From Candidatus Hydrogenedentota bacterium (GTDB lineage Bacteria > Hydrogenedentota > Hydrogenedentia > Hydrogenedentales > CAITNO01), in assembly GCA_019455225.1 (NCBI GenBank), contig JACFMU010000010.1, positions 975 through 64,974 on the forward strand: a DNA stretch of 64,000 nucleotides, in the 5' to 3' direction. Below, one piece after another: positions 36,201 through 45,156 of the stretch. The first letter of the stretch is position 1, and every line of letters starts with the position of its first letter. The translations under genes and the position numbers were made by a program. Under the pieces are notes generated by a model that saw only the letters and a program-made list of their open reading frames with translations, had not been told where the DNA came from and made no database searches.

Positions 36201-37355
36201 ATGGCAATGATTCTGGAGGGAAAACGGCAGGGCGCCCATTTCTTTGACACGGAGGGGCGGCGCTATCTGGACGCGGACAGTTCGGCGGGCATTTTCAACC
36301 TGGGCCGGAGACATCCGGAACTGGCGGCCGCGCTGAAAGCCGCCGTCCGCGAAACGGACCAGGGCAATTTCCCCATCATCAGCGAGGAGAAGGCCCTGCT
36401 CGCCGCCGCGCTGGCGGACTTCGTGCCCGGCCCGCTGGAGTGCAGCCTTTTCGGCGTGACGCGGGGCGAGGCCTTTGACGCGGCCTGCAAGGTGGCGCGG
36501 GGCCTCACGAAACGCCCGGGCCTCCTCGCCCTTGAGGGCGGCTGGCACGGCCACACGGGCTTCGCCATGAGCCTGTCCCGGCGGGAAGACCGGGACCTTT
36601 ACGGACCGCTGATGCCCGGCGCGGGCTTTCTACCCTTCGGCGACCTGGCGGCGGCGGAGCGCGCCGTGGGTCCGGACACGGCGGCGGTGTTCCTGGAGCC
36701 GGTGCAGGCGGAGAACGGCTGCCGGGCCGTGGACGCGGCCTACGCCAAGGGGCTGGCGGAGCTCTGCCGCGCGCGGGGCGCGCTGCTGGTCCTCGACGAG
36801 ACGCAGACGAATTTCGGGCGGACGGGGGCGCCGTTCTGCTTTGAACGGCTCGGCGCGGCGCCGGACATGCTCATTCTGGGCGAGGCCCTCGGCGGCGGCA
36901 TCTTCCCGATTACGGTGACCATGATGACCCCGCGGGTGAACCAGTTCATGAACGACCACCCGCTCATCCACCTGTCCACCTTCGGCGGCTCGGATGTGGG
37001 CTGCCGCGTGGCCCTGGCCGCGCTGGAACTGTACCGCCGCCTGGAGCCCTGGAAGAACGCCGCCGTCATGGGCGCGCGCCTGCGCGCGGCATGCGACGGG
37101 CTGGCGGGCCAATTTCCGTCCCTCCTGCAGGGGGTGGACGGCGCCGGACTGCTGCTGTCGCTGAAAACGGCCTCGCCCGAGGCCGCGCGGGCGCTCTGCG
37201 CCGCCTGCCTCGACGCGGGGCTTTTGGCGGCGCCGGGCAGGGTGGCGGCGGACACGGTGGTGCTGCGTCCCAGCCTGCTGCTCACGGAAGCGGAGACGGA
37301 TGAACTGGCGGCGGCGCTGGAGACGGCGCTGCGCGCGCTGGCGGCGGGCGCGTGA
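36201..37355 (+). CDS. Class-III (PLP) aminotransferase, paralogue
   Basis: LVLDETQTNFGRTG...LGEALGGG and the same fold. It overlaps its neighbours' stop and start codons. Confidence 0.8.
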   Translation: MAMILEGKRQGAHFFDTEGRRYLDADSSAGIFNLGRRHPELAAALKAAVRETDQGNFPIISEEKALLAAALADFVPGPLECSLFGVTRGEAFDAACKVARGLTKRPGLLALEGGWHGHTGFAMSLSRREDRDLYGPLMPGAGFLPFGDLAAAERAVGPDTAAVFLEPVQAENGCRAVDAAYAKGLAELCRARGALLVLDETQTNFGRTGAPFCFERLGAAPDMLILGEALGGGIFPITVTMMTPRVNQFMNDHPLIHLSTFGGSDVGCRVALAALELYRRLEPWKNAAVMGARLRAACDGLAGQFPSLLQGVDGAGLLLSLKTASPEAARALCAACLDAGLLAAPGRVAADTVVLRPSLLLTEAETDELAAALETALRALAAGA

Positions 37356-38557
37356 AGGCGCTGTACTTCGAGAACGACCCGCCGCGCTACGCGCTCTACC
37401 GCGCGGCGCGGATGGTCCACCCCTTTCCGAGGCTCGGCCCGCTGTCCCCGGTGCGGTATGCCGAAGTGCCGGAGCCGTCGCCGCCCAACGGCCGCTGGCT
37501 TCTGGTGCGGAACACGGCCTGCGGCCTCTGCGGCACGGACATCCATTTCCTGCTGATGGACATGTCGCCGAAGAGCTACTCGGCGGCCCTGCCGGGGATC
37601 AAGCGCAAGTACCTGGGCCATGAGGCCGCGGGCGTGGTGGAGGCGGCGGGCGCGGAGGCGGACGGGTTCCAGCCGGGCGACCGGGTGGCCCTGCGGCTGG
37701 ACTGGCCCTCGTGCGCGCAAATGGAGATCAGCCCGCCCTGCGGCCCGTGCGCGGCGGGCAGTTACATGCTCTGCGAGAATCTGGGTGCCGCCCCCATGCC
37801 GGAGGCCGTGGGCGGCGGCTTCTCCCCCCGCATGGCGGTGCACCGCAGCCAGCCCTTCAAAATCCCCGGCAGCGTGGGCGATGACGCGGCGGTGCTGCTG
37901 GAGCCCATGGCCTGCGCGGTCCACGGCGTGCTGAAGGCGGCGGACCGTCTGGCGCCGGGCGCGCGGGTGCTGGTCATCGGCGGCGGCACCATCGGTCTGC
38001 TGGCGGCGGCGGCGTGCCGCGCCCTGGCCCCCGGCGTGGAGGTGTTCCTGTCGGCGCGGTACCCGTTCCAGGCGCGGGCGGCGGAGGCCCTGGGCGCGCG
38101 GGTGCTGGACGGCGGCGGAAAACTCTTTTCCCAGTCCGCCGCCGCCACGGGCGGGCGGCACGCGCGCGGCCTTTTCGGCAACGAGATCGTGCTGGGCGGC
38201 TTTGACGCGGTGCTGGACAGCGTCGGCGGCGGGGAGAGTTTCGGGCAGGCCCTGCGCCTGGCCCGCGCGGGCGGCATGGTCGTCCTGCTGGGCATCAACT
38301 TCGCCCCCGCAAGCCTGGACTACTCGCCCGTGTGGGCCCGCGAGGTGCTGGTGACGGGCATCAACTGCCACGGCACCGAGCGCGACGGGCGCAGCTCCTT
38401 TGCGGTGGCGGCGGAGCTGCTGGCGGGCCTGCCGGAACTCCCCGGCCTGCTCATCACGCACCGCTTCCCCATGCGGGAATACCGGAAGGCCGTCCGGGCT
38501 TTCATGGACAAAGGCAAATCCGGGGCGATAAAGATTGTGCTGGATCACGGGGAGTAA
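37352..38557 (+). CDS. Zn-dependent medium-chain dehydrogenase/reductase (ADH/sorbitol-threonine-DH-like)
   Basis: CGLCGTDIHF catalytic Zn motif, structural Zn cysteines (C..C..C...C), GHEAAGVV, and an Rossmann fold VLVIGGGTIGL. Confidence 0.8.
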   Translation: MKALYFENDPPRYALYRAARMVHPFPRLGPLSPVRYAEVPEPSPPNGRWLLVRNTACGLCGTDIHFLLMDMSPKSYSAALPGIKRKYLGHEAAGVVEAAGAEADGFQPGDRVALRLDWPSCAQMEISPPCGPCAAGSYMLCENLGAAPMPEAVGGGFSPRMAVHRSQPFKIPGSVGDDAAVLLEPMACAVHGVLKAADRLAPGARVLVIGGGTIGLLAAAACRALAPGVEVFLSARYPFQARAAEALGARVLDGGGKLFSQSAAATGGRHARGLFGNEIVLGGFDAVLDSVGGGESFGQALRLARAGGMVVLLGINFAPASLDYSPVWAREVLVTGINCHGTERDGRSSFAVAAELLAGLPELPGLLITHRFPMREYRKAVRAFMDKGKSGAIKIVLDHGE

Positions 38558-38570
38558 GGGGGATGTCTTC

Positions 38571-38597
38571 CCTGGGAACGCCAATCTCCTGATTGGC
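38571..38597. repeat. REP unit, TCCT-loop variant (CCTGGGAACGCCAATCTCCTGATTGGC)
   Basis: Direct match to the repeat family, 13 bp after the dehydrogenase stop. Confidence 0.85.
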
Positions 38598-38621
38598 ATC
38601 CATGAAACAGGAACATCCCCC

Positions 38622-38697
38622 GGCGCTAAAGCGCCACCCCCTTCGGAAGGGGGAATTTGTGGGCGCTTGAACTTTTTGGTTGCTGTTTTTTTTGCTG
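38622..38697 (+). terminator. Putative intrinsic terminator: two tandem GC hairpins followed by a T-rich tract
   Basis: GGCGCTAAAGCGCC and CCCCCTTCGGAAGGGGG followed by ...CTTTTTGGTTGCTGTTTTTTTTGC. This is the only strongly AT-rich segment in the region. Confidence 0.6.
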
Positions 38698-38723
38698 TAA
38701 TGGGTGTCACACTGGAAAGAAGA

Positions 38724-38791
38724 GCCAATCAGGAGATTGGCGTTCCCAGGAAGCCGCAATGGGAAGAGCCTATCAGGAGATTGGCGTTCCC
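38724..38791. repeat. Two reverse-orientation REP units (the second has a gcCTatc variant)
   Basis: GCCAATCAGGAGATTGGCGTTCCC at 38724 and CCTATCAGGAGATTGGCGTTCCC at 38768. Confidence 0.85.
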
Positions 38792-38836
38792 AGGCGGGCT
38801 TTCCAAAAGGCATCTTGGACATTTTCTGGAGCAGGC

Positions 38837-39529
38837 ATGGCTGGCAACATTCTCCGCGCGGTGGTCTTCGACTTTGACGGGCTGATCCTGGACACGGAAA
38901 GCACGCTCTACGGGACGTGGGTGGAGACTTATGCCCGCTTCGGGTGCGAGCTGCCGCCGGACCTGTGGACGGCGAACATCGGCGGGTACTCGTATGAGAC
39001 GTTCCACCCGCTGGACCACCTGGAGGAGTGCCTGGGCCGGCCCATTGACCGGGACGCGGTGAACAACGCCCGGCGTGAGGTGTACCGCGCGCGGGTGCGG
39101 GTGCAGCCGCCCATGCCGGGCGCGGCGGAGGCAGTCCGCGCGGCGCGTGACCTGGGCCTGCGGCTGGGGGTGGCGTCCAGTTCGGAGCGGTCCTGGGTGG
39201 CGGGCCACCTGGAGCGCCTGGGCCTGCTGCCGCTCTTCGACGCGGTGGTCTGCGGGGACGAGGTGACGCGGGTGAAGCCGGACCCGGAACTTTACCGGGC
39301 CGTGCTGGATACACTGGGGGTGGACGCGCGGGCCGCCTTCGCGCTGGAGGACTCCCCCAAGGGGGTTGCCGCGGCCCGGGCCGCTTCCCTATACTGCGTG
39401 GCGGTGCCCAATCCGGTCACCCGCGTCATGGACCTGGGCGGCGCGGACCGGCTGCTTCCGGCGCTGGACGCCATGCCCTTTTCCGAACTGGTCCGGGACA
39501 TCGAGGAACACCTTTTCCGTGCGCTTTGA
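38837..39529 (+). CDS. HAD-superfamily hydrolase (HAD-IA, beta-phosphoglucomutase-like)
   Basis: Motif I VVFDFDGLILDTE. A later motif is ...VASSSER...LEDSPKGVAAARAA (K/D). Confidence 0.75.
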   Translation: MAGNILRAVVFDFDGLILDTESTLYGTWVETYARFGCELPPDLWTANIGGYSYETFHPLDHLEECLGRPIDRDAVNNARREVYRARVRVQPPMPGAAEAVRAARDLGLRLGVASSSERSWVAGHLERLGLLPLFDAVVCGDEVTRVKPDPELYRAVLDTLGVDARAAFALEDSPKGVAAARAASLYCVAVPNPVTRVMDLGGADRLLPALDAMPFSELVRDIEEHLFRAL

Positions 39530-40772
39530 ACTGTATGTCGCCCTCCGCTACCTGCGCGGCAAGCGCAAGACGCGGTTCATCAGCCTGATCACGTTCATCT
39601 CCGTGGCCGGGGTGAGCGTCGGCGTCATCGCGCTGATCGTCGTGATGAGCGTGATGACCGGCTTCGACAATGCCCTGCGCGAGACCATCATCGGGAACCG
39701 CGCCCACCTGACGGTGTTTCTGCCCGCGGGCCGCGAGATGGTTGACTACGAGCGGGCGATAGACGAGGTCCGGGCCATCGCGCCCGAGGTCACCGGCGCG
39801 GGCCCCATCATGCAGATCGAGGCGCTGCTGAAGCGGGACGGCCAGACGACGGGGGGCTTCATCCTGGGCGTGGACCCCGCGCGCGAGGCGGAGGTGACGG
39901 ACCTGGGAGAGAACCTCACGAAGAACGGCGGGCGCCTCTTCGGCTCGGGCAGGCTGCCGGGCGACAAGGAAATCGTGCTGGGCTACCGGCTCGCCCACCG
40001 CATCGGGGCGCGCATCGGCTCGGAGATCGCCGTGCTCACGGACAAGCCCACAGTGACGCCCTTCGGCATGCGCCCGGGCAACCAGGTCTACCTCACCGTG
40101 AGCGGCCTGTCCCAGGCCAAGATGTCCGACTTCGACAACCTCTACGCCTTTGTGGACATCAACACCGCGAAAATGCTGACGGGCCGCGCGGGCGTGGACG
40201 GCATCCACCTGAAACTGACGAACCCCTTCCTGGCCGACGCCGTGTCGCAGCGCGTCTCCGACCGGCTGCCCTACCGCGCCGAGACTTGGTACCAGAACCA
40301 GGAGGCCTTTTTCGAGGCGCTGAAGCAGGAAAAGGTCGCCATGTTCGTCATTCTGGTCTTCATCATCCTCGTGGCCGCGTTCAACATCACCAGCACGCTC
40401 ATCATGATCGTCATGGAGAAGCGGCGCGACATCGGCATCCTGCGCACCCTGGGCTCGAGCGGCTGGTCCATCCTGTGGCTCTTCGTGCTCGAGGGACTCC
40501 TCATCGGCGTGAGCGGCACCGTCATCGGCGTGGTCGCGGGCACCATCCTCGCCTACAACATCAACCCCGTCGCCGAGTTCATCGCCGGGCTCATGGGCGT
40601 GGACCTGTTCAACAGCACCATCTACTACTTCGACGGCATCCCCGTCGCCGTGGTCCCCTTCGACATTCTCTGGATCACCGTGTCCGCCGTGGCGCTCACC
40701 TTCCTCTCCACGCTTTATCCCGCGTGGAGCGCCTCGCGGCTCAACCCCGTGGACGCGCTGCGCTATGAGTAA
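39519..40772 (+). CDS. FtsX/MacB-type ABC permease, LolC/LolE-like
   Basis: ELYVALRYLRGKRK N-terminus. A TM helix, a large periplasmic domain and three C-terminal TM helices. The GTG start overlaps the HAD stop. Confidence 0.75.
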   Translation: MRFELYVALRYLRGKRKTRFISLITFISVAGVSVGVIALIVVMSVMTGFDNALRETIIGNRAHLTVFLPAGREMVDYERAIDEVRAIAPEVTGAGPIMQIEALLKRDGQTTGGFILGVDPAREAEVTDLGENLTKNGGRLFGSGRLPGDKEIVLGYRLAHRIGARIGSEIAVLTDKPTVTPFGMRPGNQVYLTVSGLSQAKMSDFDNLYAFVDINTAKMLTGRAGVDGIHLKLTNPFLADAVSQRVSDRLPYRAETWYQNQEAFFEALKQEKVAMFVILVFIILVAAFNITSTLIMIVMEKRRDIGILRTLGSSGWSILWLFVLEGLLIGVSGTVIGVVAGTILAYNINPVAEFIAGLMGVDLFNSTIYYFDGIPVAVVPFDILWITVSAVALTFLSTLYPAWSASRLNPVDALRYE

Positions 40773-41460
40773 GGCGGGCAACGGAAACATCATCGAGTGC
40801 CGGGGCGTGGCCAAGGCCTACCATGACGGCGCGCGCACCCTGGAGATACTCCGGGGCGTGGACCTGGCCGTGCCCGAGGGGAAAATCCTCGCCATCAGCG
40901 GGCCCTCCGGCGTGGGCAAGAGCACCCTGCTGCACATCATGGGCACCCTGGACAAGCCCACCGGCGGCGAGGTCCTCTTCCGGGGCGAGCCGCTCCACCG
41001 CATGGGCGCGGGCCGGGTCAACGCCATCCGCAACCGCGAGATAGGCTTCGTCTTCCAGTTCTACCACCTCCTGCCCGAGTTCACGGCGCTGGAAAACGTC
41101 ATGATGCCCTCCCTGTGCAAGAACGCCACCCGCCGCGCCTGCCGCGGGCGCGCCGAGGCCCTGCTGGAAAAGGTCGGCCTCACGGAGCGCATGACCCACA
41201 AGCCCGGCAAGCTCAGCGGCGGCGAACAGCAGCGCGTCGCCATCGCCCGCGCCCTCTTCAACAGCCCCGCCGTCGTCCTCACGGACGAGCCCACAGGCAA
41301 CCTCGACGAGCGCACGGGCCAGGAAATTGTCGAGCTCCTCTGGAACCTCAATGCGGACGACGGCGTCACCATCGTCCTGGTCACCCACGACGAGTCCCTC
41401 GCCCGCCGCGCCCACCACTGGACCGCCATCCACGGCGGCCATGCGGAGAAACGCGCGTAG
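40765..41460 (+). CDS. lolD: ABC transporter ATP-binding protein, LolD-like
   Basis: Walker A GPSGVGKST, signature LSGGEQQRVAIARAL, Walker B VVLTDEPTGNLD. Confidence 0.8.
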   Translation: MSKAGNGNIIECRGVAKAYHDGARTLEILRGVDLAVPEGKILAISGPSGVGKSTLLHIMGTLDKPTGGEVLFRGEPLHRMGAGRVNAIRNREIGFVFQFYHLLPEFTALENVMMPSLCKNATRRACRGRAEALLEKVGLTERMTHKPGKLSGGEQQRVAIARALFNSPAVVLTDEPTGNLDERTGQEIVELLWNLNADDGVTIVLVTHDESLARRAHHWTAIHGGHAEKRA

Positions 41461-41530
41461 CGGCGGCGTTTGCGTTCCACGCCGTTTTCGCCAATAATGC
41501 CTGCGGCAATGCCGCCAACGGAGACCCGCC

Positions 41531-42928
41531 ATGAACCCGATGCTCCTCCCCCTGCTTGTGCTGTCCGCCGCCACGCCGCCGCCCGCGCCGCTGTTGCCGG
41601 TGCCCACCCCGGCGCAGCTCGAATGGCAGCGCATGGAGTTCGGCATGTTCTGCCATTTCGGGATCAACACCTTCCACAACATGGAGTGGACGGACGGCAC
41701 GAAGGACCCGCAGACCTTCAACCCGGTGGAGTTCGACCCCGCGCAGTGGGCGGACACGGCGAAGAACGCGGGAATGAAGTACCTGGTCTTCACGGCGAAG
41801 CACCATGACGGGTTCGCGCTGTACCCGACGGAGCACAGCGCCTACAGCGTGAAGGCCAGCCCCTGGCGCGGCGGCAAGGGCGACGCCCTGCGCGAGGTGG
41901 CGGACACAACCCGCGCCGCCGGGCTCATGTTCGGGTTCTACCTGTCGCCGTGGGACCGGCACGAGCCGAAGTACGCGGATTCAAAGGCCTATGACGATCA
42001 TTTCAAGGCCATGCTCCGGGAAATCATCACGGGCTACGGGCCGGTGGGCGAGGTCTGGTTTGACGGCGCGGGCTCGGAGGGGCATGTCTACGACTGGGAC
42101 GGCTATTACGCCCTCATCCGCGAACTGGCGCCGCAGGCGCTCATCGCCATCTGCGGTCCGGACATCCGCTGGGTGGGCAATGAGGACGGCCTAGGCCCGG
42201 AGACGCTGTGGAACCCGCAGCCCTTCCAAATCCCCGTGCCCGGCGAGGCGCCCCGCACGGAAATGCGCTGGTGGCCCTCCGAGTGCGACGTGCCCATCCG
42301 CGAGGGGCAGTGGTTCTTCCACACGGACGGCGAGAAACACCTGCGCAGTCTGGAAAACCTGCTGGACATCTATTACCGCTCCATCGGCCACGGCGCGGCG
42401 CTGCTCATGAACCTCACGCCGGACCGGCGCGGGCTCCTGCCCGACGCGGATGTGGCGCGCCTGCTGGAACTGCGCGCCGTGCTGGATGAGACCTTCGCCG
42501 TGGACCTTGCGGCGGGCGCGGCAACCACGGCCAACAACACCCGCGGCGGTGACCCGGCCTTTGCGCCGGGAAAGGCTGTGGACGGCGACCAGGACAGTTA
42601 TTGGGCCGCCGATGACGGCGTCACAGACGGCTGGATTGAGTTGGACCTGGGCGGGGCAAAGACCTTTGACCGGGTGGTGCTCCAGGAGCAGATCGCCCTC
42701 GGGCAGCGGATCGAGGAGCATGCGGTCCACACGTGGGACGGCGCCGCATGGAACAGTGCCGCCACAGGCACCACCATCGGCTACAAGCGCATCCACTGCT
42801 TCCCGCCCGTCACCGCGTCAAAAATCAGGGTTGCCGTCACCAAAGCCAAAGCCTGCCCGACCCTGTCCCATGTGGGCGTGTTCAAGGCATCGCCAAGGGA
42901 CACGGGAGCGGTGGAGAAAAGAAACTGA
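41531..42928 (+). CDS. Secreted alpha-L-fucosidase (GH29) with C-terminal F5/8 type C (discoidin) domain
   Basis: Signal peptide. The motif FGMFCHFGINTF...KYLVFTAKHHDGFALYPT is typical of GH29. The C-terminal ~130 aa is discoidin-like. Confidence 0.8.
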   Translation: MNPMLLPLLVLSAATPPPAPLLPVPTPAQLEWQRMEFGMFCHFGINTFHNMEWTDGTKDPQTFNPVEFDPAQWADTAKNAGMKYLVFTAKHHDGFALYPTEHSAYSVKASPWRGGKGDALREVADTTRAAGLMFGFYLSPWDRHEPKYADSKAYDDHFKAMLREIITGYGPVGEVWFDGAGSEGHVYDWDGYYALIRELAPQALIAICGPDIRWVGNEDGLGPETLWNPQPFQIPVPGEAPRTEMRWWPSECDVPIREGQWFFHTDGEKHLRSLENLLDIYYRSIGHGAALLMNLTPDRRGLLPDADVARLLELRAVLDETFAVDLAAGAATTANNTRGGDPAFAPGKAVDGDQDSYWAADDGVTDGWIELDLGGAKTFDRVVLQEQIALGQRIEEHAVHTWDGAAWNSAATGTTIGYKRIHCFPPVTASKIRVAVTKAKACPTLSHVGVFKASPRDTGAVEKRN

Positions 42929-42970
42929 CTCCCCTTGTCGTGTCAGTGATACGCCCCTGAAAAACGGCAC

Positions 42971-43834
42971 TTATACGGGTTGGAACAGGGTCGCAGGCGA
43001 GATTTTTCGTTCCAGATTATTCAGGATTATGTCCAGATCAATCTTTGCCTTGGCCTGAAGACCCAGCGCGGTGGATATCCCGGCGCTGTCCGTGCTCATT
43101 CGTCCATCAAGACGGATGGCATAAGAGGCTCCTTTTCGCTCAAGACCGTAGGTGTGGAAATGCATGGCATCTCCTGCACGGGCCTGGTTGAGGTGCGAGA
43201 ATGAAAACTCCGTCTTCATGTAATCAAACAGGCAATCCTGAACAACCACAACAAGATGCCGTGAAAGATGCTCGAAAGTGTCAACCTTGTGGTGCAACTG
43301 CACAAGAATGGTTTTCGCGGTCATTTTCCAGTTCATGCCAAAAGGTTTGCGTGATTCTGTTGCAGCCGTGTCGCACGCAAATCCCATGTCCCGTAAAAAC
43401 CGTTCCCTGGCGGGCCACACTGTGCCCGTGGTGTCAAGCGTCTGAATCTCAATCCCCACGAAATCCACCGGTTTGTCGTTTCGCACCGAAACAAGGAAAT
43501 AATCAACACTGCCGCCCGGGACGGGGACCTCCGGCACCAGATGCAACTGATTGCCCGGCTCATGGCGCGTGAGGAGATGCAGGGAATCAACAAATATCTG
43601 CCGCCTTTCGAGAAACCGGTTCGGGCATATCAGAATGGGGCCGCACTCTTTTCCGTAACCCACGGAGCATGTTCCAATGGAGATGCCGGGCTGGCTCTTT
43701 CGGACCTTGTAACACCGCCTTTTTGTGAACGGGCATAACTGCCGCGAGATGATGTCTTCCCACGCTTTGCGTTTTGTGGAGCGCGTGTCATGGCCAAAGA
43801 GTTCCAAAATTGCGCTCATAGCAGTGTCCAACAC
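42971..43834 (-). CDS. Putative type II restriction endonuclease (partner of adjacent methyltransferase)
   Basis: No recognisable motif. The call rests on a 19-bp overlap with the MTase gene, shared lower G+C, and the typical R-M size. Confidence 0.4.
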   Translation of the reverse strand: MLDTAMSAILELFGHDTRSTKRKAWEDIISRQLCPFTKRRCYKVRKSQPGISIGTCSVGYGKECGPILICPNRFLERRQIFVDSLHLLTRHEPGNQLHLVPEVPVPGGSVDYFLVSVRNDKPVDFVGIEIQTLDTTGTVWPARERFLRDMGFACDTAATESRKPFGMNWKMTAKTILVQLHHKVDTFEHLSRHLVVVVQDCLFDYMKTEFSFSHLNQARAGDAMHFHTYGLERKGASYAIRLDGRMSTDSAGISTALGLQAKAKIDLDIILNNLERKISPATLFQPV

Positions 43835-44937
43835 CTGTTTTCAGCCATACGGACATAGTCGCCGGAAATGTCTATCCCCACAGATTTGCGCCCGAGTTGA
43901 AGGGCAACCAGGTTCGTTGTCCCTGTTCCGCAAAATGGGTCGAGCGCCATGCCGCCTGCCGGACAGGTCGCTAGAATGGGAATTCTGCAAAGGTCCTCCG
44001 GGTAGGGTGCGAAATGGGCACCGCGCATTTGCGTGTCTTCCGGGATAATCTCCCAGACATCACCCGGCTTGCTCCCATTGGGATGATATTTCAGGAAATA
44101 GAAACCCTTATCGCGAAGCTCCTTGGCGCGCCCGGACAAGTTCTCGGAGTCTGAATGCGTGGTCCGCTGCTGTCCCCTGATAATCATTCGAAAATCCGAG
44201 ATTTCCCTGTTTCTGACCTGGTCCAGCATGCCTTCCAACGCCGCCAGGGCATTTGCCTTCTCATCTTCGGAGAGCGCTGTTGACAACTCGATCTGCCGTT
44301 TGTACCTCACACCGCTCACCCCCGTGGCGGAGATGACGGCGCCGTTCACGACCTGCGCCTGCCTTGGCGTGCTTCTGACTGCGTCAACATCATAGTAATA
44401 ACCATTGGCGTTTTTCACAAAATGGAACAGCGGTTCATGAATGTTGCGGAGTCTGTCTTTTGAGTTGTCCGGCCCCCCTTTTACCTTGTTCCACACCACT
44501 TGATTGCGCAGTATCCACCCCTGTCCATCCATCATGGCTATCGCGACACGCCACGGAATCCCCAACAACTGCTTGCTCTCATAGCTGTCGCCGACATTAA
44601 GCCAAAAGGAGCCCGAGGGCTTCAAAACCCTGCGCACCTCCCCAAACACTTCCAGCAGCGCTCGGACATACTCTTCCGGACTGTCCTCAAGGCCAATCCC
44701 GCCATTGCTGTATTCGCGCTTCTTCCAGTACGGGGGGCTTGTCATGCAAAAGTCAACGCTGGATTCGGGCAGAACCGAAAGGACACCGCAGGCTTCCCCG
44801 GTAAAAAACAGCGGGCGAAGGGCGGCGCCCTGGACATACTCCCGAAACGCTCCAGCCACGAGGGCCTCCCGCTCCTTTGCCGGAGAAATGCGCCGCATCC
44901 TGTTGAGTGTGTCTGTGTGAATGGATGGGTTCTGCAT
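43816..44937 (-). CDS. DNA N4/N6 methyltransferase (beta-class, ParB-like-free)
   Basis: Motif IV (SPPY) precedes motif I (DPFCGTGTT), which is the beta-class order. Lower G+C than the flanks. Confidence 0.8.
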   Translation of the reverse strand: MQNPSIHTDTLNRMRRISPAKEREALVAGAFREYVQGAALRPLFFTGEACGVLSVLPESSVDFCMTSPPYWKKREYSNGGIGLEDSPEEYVRALLEVFGEVRRVLKPSGSFWLNVGDSYESKQLLGIPWRVAIAMMDGQGWILRNQVVWNKVKGGPDNSKDRLRNIHEPLFHFVKNANGYYYDVDAVRSTPRQAQVVNGAVISATGVSGVRYKRQIELSTALSEDEKANALAALEGMLDQVRNREISDFRMIIRGQQRTTHSDSENLSGRAKELRDKGFYFLKYHPNGSKPGDVWEIIPEDTQMRGAHFAPYPEDLCRIPILATCPAGGMALDPFCGTGTTNLVALQLGRKSVGIDISGDYVRMAENRCWTLL

Positions 44938-45156
44938 GATAATCAAAGCACCGCCATACTGTTTTGCATGCTGGTCAAGGCTGTGATCGGCTCCGGGCAA
45001 ATGGCCGTGCCGGCTTCCTGTCCCGGTGTCACGTCATATATCAGCGCGGTTAAGCCGACAACAACACAACAACGACACCTTTAATTTTTAAGGATGATAA
45101 CATAGCGGCGGCATCTTGGGAGGACGAGAGCACGATTGGAAATCGCCTGGGTAATG

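Noticed and set aside
33073-38728. Very long minus-strand ORFs (721 aa at 33073-35238; 662 aa at 36740-38728) antisense to hsdR, the aminotransferases and the dehydrogenase
   Set aside because: No motifs. They overlap strongly supported plus-strand genes and partly read through REP units.
39426-40814. 462-aa minus-strand ORF opposite the LolE-like permease gene
   Set aside because: His/Asp/Gly-rich nonsense translation. The plus-strand FtsX-type permease is well supported.
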